From contig CAKZML010000081.1 of NCBI GenBank assembly GCA_937128475.1, positions 409 to 64,408 of the forward strand: a stretch of 64,000 nucleotides of DNA, read 5' to 3'. Source of the DNA: an uncultured Chromatiales bacterium (GTDB lineage Bacteria > Pseudomonadota > Gammaproteobacteria > Steroidobacterales > BM003). The translations under genes and the position numbers were made by a program. Under the pieces are notes generated by a model, which saw only the letters and a program-made list of their open reading frames with translations, did no database searches and was not told the DNA's origin. Below are positions 1-16,039 of this stretch, in pieces (position 1 is the stretch's first letter; the number at the start of each line of letters is the position of its first letter).

Positions 1-3210
<3,210 letters not shown>

Positions 3211-3224
3211 GGAGTGTTCCTGGG

Positions 3225-4142
3225 TCAGGCTGCTGTGGACACGCTCTGCGGGCGCAAGCCCAGGGCGTGACAAATGGCATAGGTAAGTTCGGATCGATTC
3301 AGGGTGTAGAAGTGAAATTCCTCCACGCCCTGGCGCTGCAATTCGTGTACCTGGTGAATGGCGACGCTGGCAGCAATTAACTGGCGGGTTTCCGCATCAT
3401 CGTCCAGGCCCCGGAACTGGTTTCTCAACCAGACGGGCACACTTGCGCCACAGCGGGCGGCAAAGGACAGCATTTGCGGGAAACGGGTAATCGGCAAGAT
3501 GCCCGGGATGATGGGCGCATCGATGCCGGCCGCCGCACAACGATCACGGAATCTCAGGTAGGTGTCGGTATCGAAAAAGAACTGGGTGATGGCGCGACTG
3601 GCGCCAGCATCAATTTTCTTCTTCAGGTAATCCAGGTCAAAAGCGGCACTGGGCGCCTCGGGGTGGGCCTCGGGGTAAGCGGCCACAGTGATTTCAAAAT
3701 CCCCCACCCGGCGAAGTCCTTCCACCAGGTCCAGGGCGTAGGCATAACCATCCTCACGGGGCCGGTAGGTGCCATCACCCTGGGGGGCATCACCACGCAG
3801 GGCCACGATGTGCTTCACACCCATGTCCAGGTACTGGCGGGCGATCTCGTCGATCTCCTCACGGCTGGAGCCCACGCAGGTCAGGTGGGGAGCAGCGGTC
3901 AGGTCGGTCTCCTCCATCAGACGTCGCACCACGGCATGGGTACGCTCCCGGGTGGAGCCATCGGCGCCATAGGTCACCGACACGAAACGCGGCGACAACG
4001 GCGCAAGCCGCTGGATGCTTTTCCACAGCGTTTCGTTCATGGCCTCGCTGCCCGGCGGGAAAAATTCGAAGGACACATCGACCCGGGAGGACAACTCAAG
4101 GGCCTCCTCGTGCAAGCGTGCTTCAATCTCTGTGCTATCCAT
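3225..4142 (-). CDS. metF: 5,10-methylenetetrahydrofolate reductase
   Basis: 305-aa ORF with the MetF hallmarks VSFEFFPP and SVTYGADGSTRERT. It lies 14 nt upstream of metH on the same strand. Confidence 0.92.
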   Translation of the reverse strand: MDSTEIEARLHEEALELSSRVDVSFEFFPPGSEAMNETLWKSIQRLAPLSPRFVSVTYGADGSTRERTHAVVRRLMEETDLTAAPHLTCVGSSREEIDEIARQYLDMGVKHIVALRGDAPQGDGTYRPREDGYAYALDLVEGLRRVGDFEITVAAYPEAHPEAPSAAFDLDYLKKKIDAGASRAITQFFFDTDTYLRFRDRCAAAGIDAPIIPGILPITRFPQMLSFAARCGASVPVWLRNQFRGLDDDAETRQLIAASVAIHQVHELQRQGVEEFHFYTLNRSELTYAICHALGLRPQSVSTAA

Positions 4143-5067
4143 TTGCCTGATTCCTCTCGCCAGTAATGACGTTTGCCGACTGGCGTTTTGCCAGCAACAC
4201 CCTCAGGACACCCTGTCCCAAGGTGATGCTGCGATGTTTAAACGGAGACAACCCGGCGTCGCTGCAATAGCGGCTGACCTGGGCATCATCTGCCTGGTCC
4301 ACCACTAACAGTTGGCCATTGGGTCGCAAGATGCGTGCCGCCTCGGCGATCACACGTTGCGGGTCCTCGGCCTGGCCCAACACCTCGTCCAGGGTGACGG
4401 TGTCAAAGGATGCGGCAGGAAAAGGCAGTTGATACATGTTGGCGTGGCGCACCATGCAGTGGTCCATACCGGCCTGTTCAAGGGAACTGCGCGCCACTGC
4501 CAGCATGTCCCGGGACAGGTCCACCCCCACCGCTTCCTCGGCCCGACCCCCCAGTAACCTGAGCATCCGACCGGTGCCGGTACCGATATCCAGCAGCGCG
4601 CCAATCCGGCAGTCGTTAAGCATGTTCACGATGCTGCCGCGAATCCGCGCCTCTTCTTCCGGCGTACTTGAGCCCGCCCAGTTGCTGGGTACGCCCTGCA
4701 AATACTCAGAGGCCTGGCTTGCCCGGTCAGCCTTGATCCGGGCAAGTCCCTGGCGATCGGAATCCAGTGACGGGTCGGCCACCGGGAACTGGGCCAGCAG
4801 CGCCCGGGCAAGACTGCCCGCCTCGCCTTTTCGGGCCAGGCGGTAATACACGTTCTGGCGCTCCTTGAAGCGATCCAGCAGGCCGGCGTCACACAAGATG
4901 CGCAAGTGCCTGGCCACCCGGGGCTGGCTCTGGCCCAGCACCTCGGTCAATTCAGCCTGGGTCAGTTCTCCACTGGCGCACAGACTGAGCAGGCGCAGAC
5001 GGGTGGGGTCTGCACTGGCTTTGAGTCCCTGCAACAGGATTTCCAGACTGGGTTGCGAGTCAGGCAT
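4135..5067 (-). CDS. sahR: ArsR-family HTH regulator fused to a SAM-dependent methyltransferase-like domain (SahR-type regulator of methionine/SAM-cycle genes)
   Basis: The N-terminus (ADPTRLRLLSLCASGELTQAELTEVLGQSQPRVARHLRIL) is an ArsR wHTH. The C-terminal half carries methyltransferase motif I (LLDIGTGTGRML). It overlaps metF by 8 nt, so it is the first gene of a sahR-metF-metH operon. This architecture and context match the described SahR family. Confidence 0.7.
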   Translation of the reverse strand: MPDSQPSLEILLQGLKASADPTRLRLLSLCASGELTQAELTEVLGQSQPRVARHLRILCDAGLLDRFKERQNVYYRLARKGEAGSLARALLAQFPVADPSLDSDRQGLARIKADRASQASEYLQGVPSNWAGSSTPEEEARIRGSIVNMLNDCRIGALLDIGTGTGRMLRLLGGRAEEAVGVDLSRDMLAVARSSLEQAGMDHCMVRHANMYQLPFPAASFDTVTLDEVLGQAEDPQRVIAEAARILRPNGQLLVVDQADDAQVSRYCSDAGLSPFKHRSITLGQGVLRVLLAKRQSANVITGERNQANG

Positions 5068-5073
5068 AACGAT

Positions 5074-5089
5074 ATAAAGATGTCTTTAT
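5074..5089. promoter_or_regulatory. Perfect 7-2-7 inverted repeat ATAAAGA-TG-TCTTTAT just upstream of the sahR start; candidate operator
   Basis: Read directly at 5074-5089, 6 nt from the sahR start codon (5065-5067). No Shine-Dalgarno lies between it and the ATG. Its position suits autoregulation of sahR-metF-metH. Confidence 0.35.
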
Positions 5090-5180
5090 GTAATAGAGAA
5101 GACAGTATGAAGCCTGACCTGCCTGAAGGCAAGCCAGATTCCATGGAATTCAAAGGAAACCGCGGGCCAGGCCGGCGGAT

Positions 5181-6059
5181 TTAATGGACCGAGGAGGAAC
5201 CCCCGCCCATACCCGACGCGAACAAGCGGGCAGTATCTACTTCATCGAAGCGGTAGGGCTTATTGCAAAATTCGCAATGCACTTCCACCTGACCCTTCTC
5301 GGTAAGCACCTCGCCCACCTCTTCTTCGCCCAACATCTTGAGCACGTCTTCCACCCGGTCCCGGGTGCACAGACAGCTGAAGGTGACGCGCCGGGGTTCA
5401 AACATCCGCACGTCTTCCTCGTGGAACAAGCGCAGCAGGATTTCCCGGTCGGGCAACTCCAGCAGTTCCTGGTCGGTAAGAGTACCGGCCAACATATTAA
5501 GACGCGGCCAGGCGTCCTCGTCACCCGCGGCGGCGCCATGGGGCAACTGCTGCAGCAACATGCCAGCCGCAGTGGCCTGGCCGCTGGCCAGCCAGAAACG
5601 CGTGGGCAACTGCTCGGAGGTGTAGAAGTAGGAATCCAGGCACTGGGCCAGGTTATCGCCTTCCAGGGGCACGATGCCCTGGTAGCGATTACTCGCATCC
5701 CCGGTTTCCAGGGTGACCAGCATGCGGCCCTCGCCAACCAGTTCGGAGAAAGTCTTGCCCTTTAGCCCCGGCTCGTAGCGGGCCAAACCGCGCAGGGACA
5801 ACTCGTCAGTGCACTGGACAACCAGCATCTTCAGGTCGCCATCTCCCTGCAATTGCAGGGTCAGCTGACCGTGGAACTTCAAGGTGGCCGCCAGCAGCAC
5901 GGCTGCGACCATGGCCTGGCCCAGCAATTCACGCACCGGCTCCGGGTAGGGATGCAGGTCCATTACCGCTTTAAACGAGGCGTTCAGGTTCACCAGGCGC
6001 CCGTGCATGGGCAGCTGGTCAAAAACAAAACGTCTTAGCTGATCCTTGTCCTGGCTCAT
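5181..6059 (-). CDS. hslO: Redox-regulated chaperone Hsp33
   Basis: 292-aa ORF with the C-terminal Zn-binding CxC...CxxC motifs (FSCLCTRD ... HCEFCNKPY) typical of Hsp33. Confidence 0.9.
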   Translation of the reverse strand: MSQDKDQLRRFVFDQLPMHGRLVNLNASFKAVMDLHPYPEPVRELLGQAMVAAVLLAATLKFHGQLTLQLQGDGDLKMLVVQCTDELSLRGLARYEPGLKGKTFSELVGEGRMLVTLETGDASNRYQGIVPLEGDNLAQCLDSYFYTSEQLPTRFWLASGQATAAGMLLQQLPHGAAAGDEDAWPRLNMLAGTLTDQELLELPDREILLRLFHEEDVRMFEPRRVTFSCLCTRDRVEDVLKMLGEEEVGEVLTEKGQVEVHCEFCNKPYRFDEVDTARLFASGMGGGSSSVH

Positions 6060-6082
6060 GATTTGCGCACGTCAGGCATCTA

Positions 6083-7519
6083 TCAGCCGGCCAGTTTCTT
6101 GCGAAGCACGTCGTTCACCTGGGCGGGATTTGCCTTGCCCTGGGTGGCCTTCATCACCTGGCCCACGAAGAAACCAAACAGTTTATCTTTGCCGGAACGG
6201 TAATCCGCCAGCTGACCCGGGTTGGCCTCCATGACCTGGTCGATGACCGCTTCGATGGCGCTGCTGTCTGTGATCTGTTTCAGACCACGGGCCTCGATGA
6301 TCTCATCAGCCGTGCCCTCGCCGCTCCACATGGCTTCGAACACGTCCTTGGCAATCTTGCCAGAGATGGTGTTGTCCACAATCCGGCCCAGCATGTCAGC
6401 CAGTGCCTCGGGACCCACCACGCTTTCGGTGATATCCAGTCCCGCCTTGTTCAATGCACCAGCCAGTTCACCGGACACCCAGTTGGCAGCCAGCTTGGGA
6501 TCGCTACCCAAACGCTCCACCACGTGCTCGTAGTAATCACCCAGTTCGCGACTGGCGGTGAGCACGCCCGCGTCGTAGGCAGACAGGCCGTGCTCATCAA
6601 TGAAGCGCTTGCGCTTCTGACCCGGCAGCTCAGGCAGAGTCTTGGCGATATCCTCGATATAGCTTTCCTCAAGCACCACCGGCAACAGGTCAGGATCGGG
6701 GAAGTAGCGGTAATCATTCGCTTCTTCCTTGCTGCGCATGGAGCGCGTCTCGTCCTTGACCGAATCGTACAGGCGGGTTTCCTGGACCACCTTGCCGCCG
6801 CTTTCAAGGATGTCGATCTGACGCTCCACTTCGAAGTTGATGGCGCGCTCAACGAAACGGAAAGAGTTCAGGTTCTTGATCTCGGAACGGGTGCCTAGTT
6901 TATCGCTACCCTTGGGTCGCACGGACACGTTGGCGTCACAGCGGAAGGAGCCCTCTGCCATGTTGCCATCGGAGATGTCCAGGTAACGCACCAGGGTATG
7001 GATGGTCTTCATGTAGGCCACCGCTTCCTTGGCGTTGTACATCTCCGGCTCGGAAACGATTTCCAGCAGCGGTGTACCGGCCCGGTTCAAATCGATACCG
7101 GTCATGCCTGCAAAATCCTCGTGCAAGGACTTGCCGGCATCTTCTTCCAGGTGCGCACGGGTCAGCCCCACGATCTTGATGCTGCCATCTTCCAGCACCA
7201 CCTCAAGCTTGCCGGTCTCCACGATAGGCAGCTCGAACTGACTGATCTGGTAACCCTTGGGCAGGTCAGGATAAAAATAGTTCTTGCGGGCGAACACCGA
7301 GCGGCGCGCCACCTTTGATCCGGTAGCCAGGCCGAACTTCACCGCCTTGGCCACGGCCTGCGCGTTGAGCACCGGCAACTGGCCCGGGTAGCCCAGGTCC
7401 ACCAGGCAGGCCTGGCTGTTGGGCTCGGCGCCATAGGCGGTCGACGCACCAGAGAAGATCTTGCTGAGGGTATTGAGCTGTGCGTGAATTTCCAGCCCGA
7501 TTACAGTTTCCCATTCCAT
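6083..7519 (-). CDS. gatB: Asp-tRNA(Asn)/Glu-tRNA(Gln) amidotransferase subunit B
   Basis: 478 aa. N-terminus [17 protein letters not shown]...; gatC-gatA-gatB order. Confidence 0.95.
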   Translation of the reverse strand: MEWETVIGLEIHAQLNTLSKIFSGASTAYGAEPNSQACLVDLGYPGQLPVLNAQAVAKAVKFGLATGSKVARRSVFARKNYFYPDLPKGYQISQFELPIVETGKLEVVLEDGSIKIVGLTRAHLEEDAGKSLHEDFAGMTGIDLNRAGTPLLEIVSEPEMYNAKEAVAYMKTIHTLVRYLDISDGNMAEGSFRCDANVSVRPKGSDKLGTRSEIKNLNSFRFVERAINFEVERQIDILESGGKVVQETRLYDSVKDETRSMRSKEEANDYRYFPDPDLLPVVLEESYIEDIAKTLPELPGQKRKRFIDEHGLSAYDAGVLTASRELGDYYEHVVERLGSDPKLAANWVSGELAGALNKAGLDITESVVGPEALADMLGRIVDNTISGKIAKDVFEAMWSGEGTADEIIEARGLKQITDSSAIEAVIDQVMEANPGQLADYRSGKDKLFGFFVGQVMKATQGKANPAQVNDVLRKKLAG

Positions 7520-7536
7520 GTTTATTGCCCTGGTTC

Positions 7537-8997
<1,461 letters not shown>

Positions 8998-9088
8998 TCA
9001 AACCTGTCTGCAATCGGAGACAATGGCAACCAGAGGCTGCCTGTGGGAACGTTCTGGCCAGTTTTTAGCCCAGATTCCGGGGTCTTCT

Positions 9089-9376
9089 TTACTCAATGAC
9101 CTTGGGAACCAGGTACAAACCGGCCTCTACGGCCGAGGTGTTAGCCTGGAACCGTTTGCGCTGATCCGACTCACTTACCTCGTCGGTCCGCAGTCGCTGA
9201 CTCATATCAAGCGGGTGCGCCATGGGTAAAACATCGCCGGTATCAGCGCCTCGTAACTGGTCTACAAAATCAATAATTGAAGAGAGGTTCTCGACAACTC
9301 GCTCGATCTCGCCCTCGGTAATCTCCAATCGGGCCAGGTGTGCGACGTTTTCAACCTCACGCTTTGTAAGAGACAT
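9089..9376 (-). CDS. gatC: Asp-tRNA(Asn)/Glu-tRNA(Gln) amidotransferase subunit C
   Basis: Trimmed from the 112-aa ORF to the internal start MSLTKREVENVAHLARLEI (ATG at 9376), which is preceded by GGAGA. The 95-aa length is typical of GatC. Confidence 0.88.
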   Translation of the reverse strand: MSLTKREVENVAHLARLEITEGEIERVVENLSSIIDFVDQLRGADTGDVLPMAHPLDMSQRLRTDEVSESDQRKRFQANTSAVEAGLYLVPKVIE

Positions 9377-9472
9377 GCTGCTATTCTCCATGGGGAGACT
9401 TGAAAAAAAGAGCCGCCAATAATACACGGCTGCTTGCCCAAAGTCCTACCCATTGTTAGAGTAGCGCGTTGA

Positions 9473-10549
<1,077 letters not shown>

Positions 10550-10665
10550 TCCAGTGAGCCAGCGGACGACCGACCCAGACCGAATTGCCGGCCCGGTCGC
10601 CCGCAAATCCCAAAGACACCAACGACAACGCCCGGGTCAAGACTCCCGGGTGGACGCGCAGGCCC

Positions 10666-11550
10666 ATGGCAATCCAGTCTGAGCAACACCGACCACTACT
10701 GCTTCGGGGCCCCTCCCCGGGGAGCCGCTTCTTATTGTTGTGGGTGGCCTGCATCCTGCTCATGGTGCTGGATCATCAGCAGAACCAGACCCAAAACATC
10801 AGAGCCGCCCTGTCGGTAGCGACCTACCCCTTGCAAGCCCTGGTAAACATGCCCTTTGCGGTCGGCAAGTGGGCCGGCGAGTCCCTGTCCAGCCGGAATA
10901 CGCTGCTCTCGGAAAACGAGGAACTTCGCAGCCAGGTCCTTCAACAGCAATTCCAGCTCCAGAAACTTAATGCCCTGCAGGTCGAGAACACCCGGCTCAG
11001 GGAAATGATGCGCTCGGCCGCAGAAGTGGCAGAACGCATCCTGGTGGCAGAAATTCGCTCAATGGATCTTGATCCCTACCGTCATCGAATGATCATCAAC
11101 AAGGGGAGCCGGGACGGCGCCTATGCCGGCCAGGCCATCCTGGATGCCTACGGGGTGATCGGACAGATCACCAGCGCGGAACCCCTCACCTCCCGGGCGA
11201 TCCTGATCACCGACCCCAGTCACGCCACCCCCGTTGAAATCAATCGCAACGGCATTCGTACCGTGGCCCTGGGCAGCGGCGACACCAGGGAACTGAACCT
11301 GCCGTTCCTGCCTAACAGCACGGACATCCAGGTTGGCGACCTGCTGGTGAGTTCCGGACTCGGCGGTCAATTCCCGCCAGGCTACCCGGTGGGCGTGGTG
11401 TTTGAAGTACTCAGAGATCCCGGAAAGAACTTTGCGACGGTACGTGCCCGTCCCAGTGCTCAACTTGATCGCGGGCGACAGGTGCTGCTGGTCTGGTTTG
11501 GCGAGCCTCAACGAGTCCGCCAGGCGACTGAAGAGGAGGTGCCGGAATGA
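10666..11550 (+). CDS. mreC: Rod shape-determining protein MreC
   Basis: The ORF 10585-11550 was trimmed to the internal ATG giving MAIQSEQHRPLLLRGPSPGSRFLLL..., which has an N-terminal RGPS motif, a TM segment and a coiled-coil. The start is uncertain by 27 codons. Confidence 0.85.
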   Translation: MAIQSEQHRPLLLRGPSPGSRFLLLWVACILLMVLDHQQNQTQNIRAALSVATYPLQALVNMPFAVGKWAGESLSSRNTLLSENEELRSQVLQQQFQLQKLNALQVENTRLREMMRSAAEVAERILVAEIRSMDLDPYRHRMIINKGSRDGAYAGQAILDAYGVIGQITSAEPLTSRAILITDPSHATPVEINRNGIRTVALGSGDTRELNLPFLPNSTDIQVGDLLVSSGLGGQFPPGYPVGVVFEVLRDPGKNFATVRARPSAQLDRGRQVLLVWFGEPQRVRQATEEEVPE

Positions 11551-12023
11551 GCACACCTCCCTGGCAATTCTGGCTGACCCTCGGCCTGGCGTTAATGCTG
11601 TCTATCATTCCCCTGCCCTACGCCTATGCTGCCTGGAACCCGGACTGGGTGGCGCTGGTCGTGATCCTCTGGACCCTGTATTACCCGCGGCGGGTGGGTG
11701 TCGGGTCGGCCTGGATCGGCGGCTTGCTCCTGGACGTCATGCAGGGCTCCTTGCTCGGATCACAAGCCATGGCCATGACCCTGGTGGGCTACCTGACGGT
11801 GAAGTTCTACCTGCGCATGCGGGTGTTTCCACTGGGCCAGCAGGCAATGGCGGTGGCCATGTTCCTGACCCTGTATCACTTCGTACTGTTCTGGATTGAA
11901 GGCGTTATCGGCGGCCCCTCCCCCGGCCTGGATCGCTGGTATCCCATCGCACTGGGCGTAGTAGCCTGGGTTCCCCTGCAAGCGGCTTTCAGAATTCTCT
12001 GGCCGCGCATCCTGAAAACCTGA
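11547..12023 (+). CDS. mreD: Rod shape-determining protein MreD
   Basis: 158-aa polytopic membrane protein. A 4-nt overlap with the mreC stop fits the canonical operon position. Confidence 0.8.
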   Translation: MSTPPWQFWLTLGLALMLSIIPLPYAYAAWNPDWVALVVILWTLYYPRRVGVGSAWIGGLLLDVMQGSLLGSQAMAMTLVGYLTVKFYLRMRVFPLGQQAMAVAMFLTLYHFVLFWIEGVIGGPSPGLDRWYPIALGVVAWVPLQAAFRILWPRILKT

Positions 12024-12036
12024 CCGTGCAACCGGC

Positions 12037-13899
12037 ATGATAGGAAACATTGCCCTCAAGGATCACTGGCGCGAACAACGCATGTTCGTCAGCCGGGTAA
12101 TTCTGGGTGGAGTCATTGCCCTGGTGTTGATTGGCGTGGTGGTGGCCCGGCTGATAAACCTGCAGGTCACCAACTACGAACACTTTAGCGCCCTGTCCCA
12201 GGGTAACCACGTGCGCATTGAGCCCCTGCCGCCAACCCGGGGACTTATCTACGATCGAAATGGCGAGATCATCGCCCAGAACCTGCCCGCCTATCAGCTG
12301 GAACTCACCCGTGAGGGCGTCAAGGACCTGGACGAAACCCTGGGTCGACTGGTGTCCATTGGACTGGTAAAGGAGTCTGACCTGGAGCGATTGACCGGCC
12401 TGATTCTCAGTCGTCGCAAGTTTGAACCCGTCACGCTGAATTACCAGCTGGACGACCAGGAGGTGGCCAGGTTCGCGGTCAGGCGCCAGGAATTCACCGG
12501 CGTCGACATCCGGGCCCGGCTGATCCGCCAGTATCCTTTCGGGGAAATCACCAGTCACGTGGTGGGCTACGTCAGCAGCATGAACGAGGCTGACCTGAAG
12601 CGCTCCGACCCGTCGGCTTACGCCGGCACCAACCAGATTGGAAAGCTGGGCATCGAACGCGCCCACGAGGCCAATCTACTGGGCAAGGTGGGTTACCAGG
12701 AAAACCTGGTCAACGCCCAGGGCCGGGCCCTGCAACACACTCCCCAGCAATCGCCGGTGGCGGGTGATGACCTTATCTCAACCCTGGACATCAGCTTGCA
12801 GCAAATCGCCTACGAGGCCATGGGGGATCGTCGCGGTGCGGTGGTTGCCATGGACCCGAGAAACGGCGATGTACTGGTGTTCGCCAGCAGCCCCGCTTTC
12901 GACCCCAATCAATTTGCCCAGGGCTTGAGCCGAAGCCAGTACAGCGCGCTGCAAAACGACCCGGGTATCCCCTTGTTCAATCGCGCCCTCAGGGGCCAAT
13001 ACCCACCAGGTTCAACGGTGAAACCGCTCATCGCCCTGGCCAGCCTGCAATACCTGAAGGAAAATCCAAGTAAGAAGCACTTCTGCCCGGGCTACTTCAC
13101 GCTGCCCGACGGCAAGCATCGCTATCGAGACTGGAAAAAAGACGGCCATGGACAGATGGATATGCGGGAAGCCATCGCCGAGTCCTGCGACGTCTTCTTT
13201 TATGAGATCGCCCTGGAACTGGGCATCGACAAAATACATGATTTTCTCGTGACCTTCGGCCTGGGCAGTCTCAGCGGCATTGATATCCCGGGAGAAAAGC
13301 CGGGGTTGGTGCCATCACGGGCATGGAAAAAATCCGCCTTCAGCAGGCGCGAGGACCAGTCCTGGTATCCCGGCGAGACCGTGATTGCAGGCATAGGCCA
13401 GGGGTATATGCTGACCACTCCGCTGCAACTGGCCGAGGCCACCGCGATCATCGCTGCCAAGGGGAAGCGTTACCGGCCGAGACTGCTTGCCGGCACCCGG
13501 GATCCGCTTACCGGCGAGGTCAGTGAATTACCACTGGAGGAATTACCCCCGGTGACAGTGGACGATCCTTATTACTGGACAATCATCGAAAAGGCCATGG
13601 AAGACGTGCTCCACGGCCCCAAGGGCACGGCACGAGGATCCGCCGCGGGCGCCAGTTACCGGTATGCCGGAAAGTCCGGCACCGCCCAGGTTTTCAGTGT
13701 TGCCCAGGATGAAGAATACGAGGCGGAGGACGTGCCGGAACACTTGCGTCACCATGCCCTGTTCGTGGCTTACGCGCCGGCGGAGAATCCCGAAATCGCT
13801 ATCGCCGTGGTGGTGGAACATGGTGGCGGCGGAAGCACCTCGGCAGCACCGGTGGCCCGCAAGGTCCTGGATGCCTATATGCAGAGCTACAAGCCATGA
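12037..13899 (+). CDS. mrdA: Penicillin-binding protein 2 (elongasome transpeptidase)
   Basis: 620 aa with an N-terminal TM anchor, an STVK active-site motif (PPGSTVKP) and a KSGTA motif. It precedes rodA. Confidence 0.9.
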   Translation: MIGNIALKDHWREQRMFVSRVILGGVIALVLIGVVVARLINLQVTNYEHFSALSQGNHVRIEPLPPTRGLIYDRNGEIIAQNLPAYQLELTREGVKDLDETLGRLVSIGLVKESDLERLTGLILSRRKFEPVTLNYQLDDQEVARFAVRRQEFTGVDIRARLIRQYPFGEITSHVVGYVSSMNEADLKRSDPSAYAGTNQIGKLGIERAHEANLLGKVGYQENLVNAQGRALQHTPQQSPVAGDDLISTLDISLQQIAYEAMGDRRGAVVAMDPRNGDVLVFASSPAFDPNQFAQGLSRSQYSALQNDPGIPLFNRALRGQYPPGSTVKPLIALASLQYLKENPSKKHFCPGYFTLPDGKHRYRDWKKDGHGQMDMREAIAESCDVFFYEIALELGIDKIHDFLVTFGLGSLSGIDIPGEKPGLVPSRAWKKSAFSRREDQSWYPGETVIAGIGQGYMLTTPLQLAEATAIIAAKGKRYRPRLLAGTRDPLTGEVSELPLEELPPVTVDDPYYWTIIEKAMEDVLHGPKGTARGSAAGASYRYAGKSGTAQVFSVAQDEEYEAEDVPEHLRHHALFVAYAPAENPEIAIAVVVEHGGGGSTSAAPVARKVLDAYMQSYKP

Positions 13900-15035
13900 A
13901 CGAGATCGGCAACCTTAACACCAGTACCTCGGACCGCACTATCGGCTTTGCGGCCCGGCTGATGAAAGGCCTGCACGTGGACGGACCGCTGCTAATCAGT
14001 CTGTTGCTGGTAAGCGGACTGGGGATGATCGTTCTGTACAGCGCAGGCGGTCAGAATTCAGCCCTGATCATCCGCCAGGTAACCCGGCTGGCGCTGGCCA
14101 TGGGCGCGATGCTGCTGGTGGCCCAGGTCCCACCCAATTACCTGCGCATGTGGGCTCCGTGGCTGTTCCTGGCCGGAACAGGTTTGCTGGTGGCGGTGTT
14201 AGTAACCGGACAGATCGGCAAGGGTGCACAACGCTGGCTCAACCTGGGATTCTTCCGCTTTCAGCCATCGGAACTGATGAAGCTGGGCGTACCCATGATG
14301 GCTGCCTGGTTCCTGCACAGACGCCGCCTGCCACCCAGCGTGGCAGAACTACTGGTCCTTGCCGTGATTGTCTTCGTGCCCACCCTGCTGATCGCCAAGC
14401 AGCCCGACCTGGGCACCTCGCTGCTGATCGCAAGCAGCGGCATTTTCGTTGTGTTGCTGGCAGGCCTGCGCTTCCGGATGATTTTCACCCTGGCCGGCAT
14501 GGCGCTGGGCGCACTTCCCCTGATCTGGCATTTCATGCGCGATTACCAGCGCCAGCGGGTACTCACACTGCTGAATCCGGAAAGCGACCCACTGGGCGCG
14601 GGTTATCACATCATCCAGTCCAAGATCGCGATTGGTTCCGGTGGCGTATTTGGCAAGGGCTGGCTCAATGGCTCCCAGGCCAAGCTGGAATTCCTGCCGG
14701 AAAGCTCCACCGACTTTATCTTCGCCGTGCTGGGCGAAGAATTCGGCCTGATGGGACAATTGGTGCTGATACTGCTGTATTTATTCATCGTGGCGCGAGG
14801 TCTGTATATCGCCAGCCAGGGCCAGGACACGTTCTCCAGATTGCTGGCGGGAAGCATATCCCTGACCTTCTTCGTGTACTTTTTCGTCAACATGGGCATG
14901 GTTTCAGGATTGCTGCCCGTGGTGGGCGTGCCACTCCCCCTGGTGAGCTATGGTGGAACATCCATGGTGACCCTCATGGCCGGTTTCGGTATTCTGATGT
15001 CAATCCAAACCCACAGGAAGCTGTTGCCCCAGTGA
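13896..15035 (+). CDS. rodA: SEDS-family peptidoglycan polymerase RodA
   Basis: 379-aa polytopic membrane protein. It has an ATGA overlap with mrdA and FtsW/RodA-like motifs (QPSELMK, PESSTDFIFA). Confidence 0.9.
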   Translation: MNEIGNLNTSTSDRTIGFAARLMKGLHVDGPLLISLLLVSGLGMIVLYSAGGQNSALIIRQVTRLALAMGAMLLVAQVPPNYLRMWAPWLFLAGTGLLVAVLVTGQIGKGAQRWLNLGFFRFQPSELMKLGVPMMAAWFLHRRRLPPSVAELLVLAVIVFVPTLLIAKQPDLGTSLLIASSGIFVVLLAGLRFRMIFTLAGMALGALPLIWHFMRDYQRQRVLTLLNPESDPLGAGYHIIQSKIAIGSGGVFGKGWLNGSQAKLEFLPESSTDFIFAVLGEEFGLMGQLVLILLYLFIVARGLYIASQGQDTFSRLLAGSISLTFFVYFFVNMGMVSGLLPVVGVPLPLVSYGGTSMVTLMAGFGILMSIQTHRKLLPQ

Positions 15036-16039
15036 TAAAAATCAACGGAAGATTACCCACCCGATTGCTCGCCGGCATGTTAGCCAGCCTGCTTCTCGCC
15101 CCCGCGCTACATGCTCGCAGCCTCGATACTGACAAGGACGACGTCGTCAGTTTCATCGCGGAGATGCACGACAAACACGGGCTGGATCCAGAAATGGTCA
15201 GGACCACCCTGGCCCAGGCGGAAATCAAGCAAGGAATCCTGGACGCCATCAGCAAGCCCGCGGAAAGGGCCTTGAAGTGGTTTGAATACCGTCCGATTTT
15301 TGTTACCGAAAAACGTATCAGCCAGGGGCATGAATTCTGGGACACCAATCATGACCTGGTCACTCGCATCGGCGAGGAGTACGGCGTGGCGCCGCAAGTG
15401 CTGGTGGCCATCGTTGGCGTGGAAACCTATTACGGACGGATAACCGGCGGTCACCGGGTACTGGATGCACTAAGCACCCTGGCCTTTGAATATCCCCCGC
15501 GCAGCAAGTTCTTCCGCAAGCAGCTGGAAGAATTTTTTGTACTCAGCGGTGAATCCGGCGTGGACCTGCTCTCGGCTACCGGTTCTTATGCCGGCGCCAT
15601 GGGCTCACCCCAGTTCATCCCCTCCAGCTTCCGCGCCTATGCAGTGGATGAGGACGGAGACGGACGAATCGATTTGTGGAATAACTGGCAAGACGTGATC
15701 GCCAGTGTCGCCAATTACTTCAAGGCCCACGGCTGGCACCAGGGCGAAGACGTGGCAGTGCGCGCCACCCGCAAGGGCAAAACCATCCCCGGATCCCGTG
15801 AGCTAGGACTGAAAACCACGGTCGGCGCCCTGCGCGCGGCCGGTTGGAAATTCGACACCACCCTTGGCGAGGATGCGCCTGCAATGGCCATCAAGTTGCA
15901 GGGAGTCAACGGCCCCGAGTACTGGGTGGGCTTTAACAACTTCTATGTCATTACCCGCTACAACCATAGCGTGATGTACGCCCTGGCCGTACACCAGCTG
16001 TCCCGGGAAATCGTGCACAGGACCAAACTGCCAGAATGA
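15032..16039 (+). CDS. mltB: Lytic murein transglycosylase B
   Basis: This is the C-terminal 336 codons of track ORF 14150-16039. The MltB-like sequence starts at VIKINGRLPTRLLAGMLASLLLAPALHA (a signal peptide) and includes VGVETYYG and GSYAGAMGSPQFIPSS. The start is GTG 15032 (GTGA overlap with the rodA stop) or ATG 15077. The upstream part of the track ORF is an alternate frame of rodA. Confidence 0.85.
   Translation: MIKINGRLPTRLLAGMLASLLLAPALHARSLDTDKDDVVSFIAEMHDKHGLDPEMVRTTLAQAEIKQGILDAISKPAERALKWFEYRPIFVTEKRISQGHEFWDTNHDLVTRIGEEYGVAPQVLVAIVGVETYYGRITGGHRVLDALSTLAFEYPPRSKFFRKQLEEFFVLSGESGVDLLSATGSYAGAMGSPQFIPSSFRAYAVDEDGDGRIDLWNNWQDVIASVANYFKAHGWHQGEDVAVRATRKGKTIPGSRELGLKTTVGALRAAGWKFDTTLGEDAPAMAIKLQGVNGPEYWVGFNNFYVITRYNHSVMYALAVHQLSREIVHRTKLPE

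Noticed and set aside
14150-15031. N-terminal two-thirds of the 629-aa track ORF 14150-16039
   Set aside because: This part is an alternate reading frame of rodA, giving a Pro/Arg/Gly-rich nonsense sequence. Only the portion from 15032 onward is MltB-like. The long open frame is an artefact of stop-poor alternate frames in GC-rich DNA.
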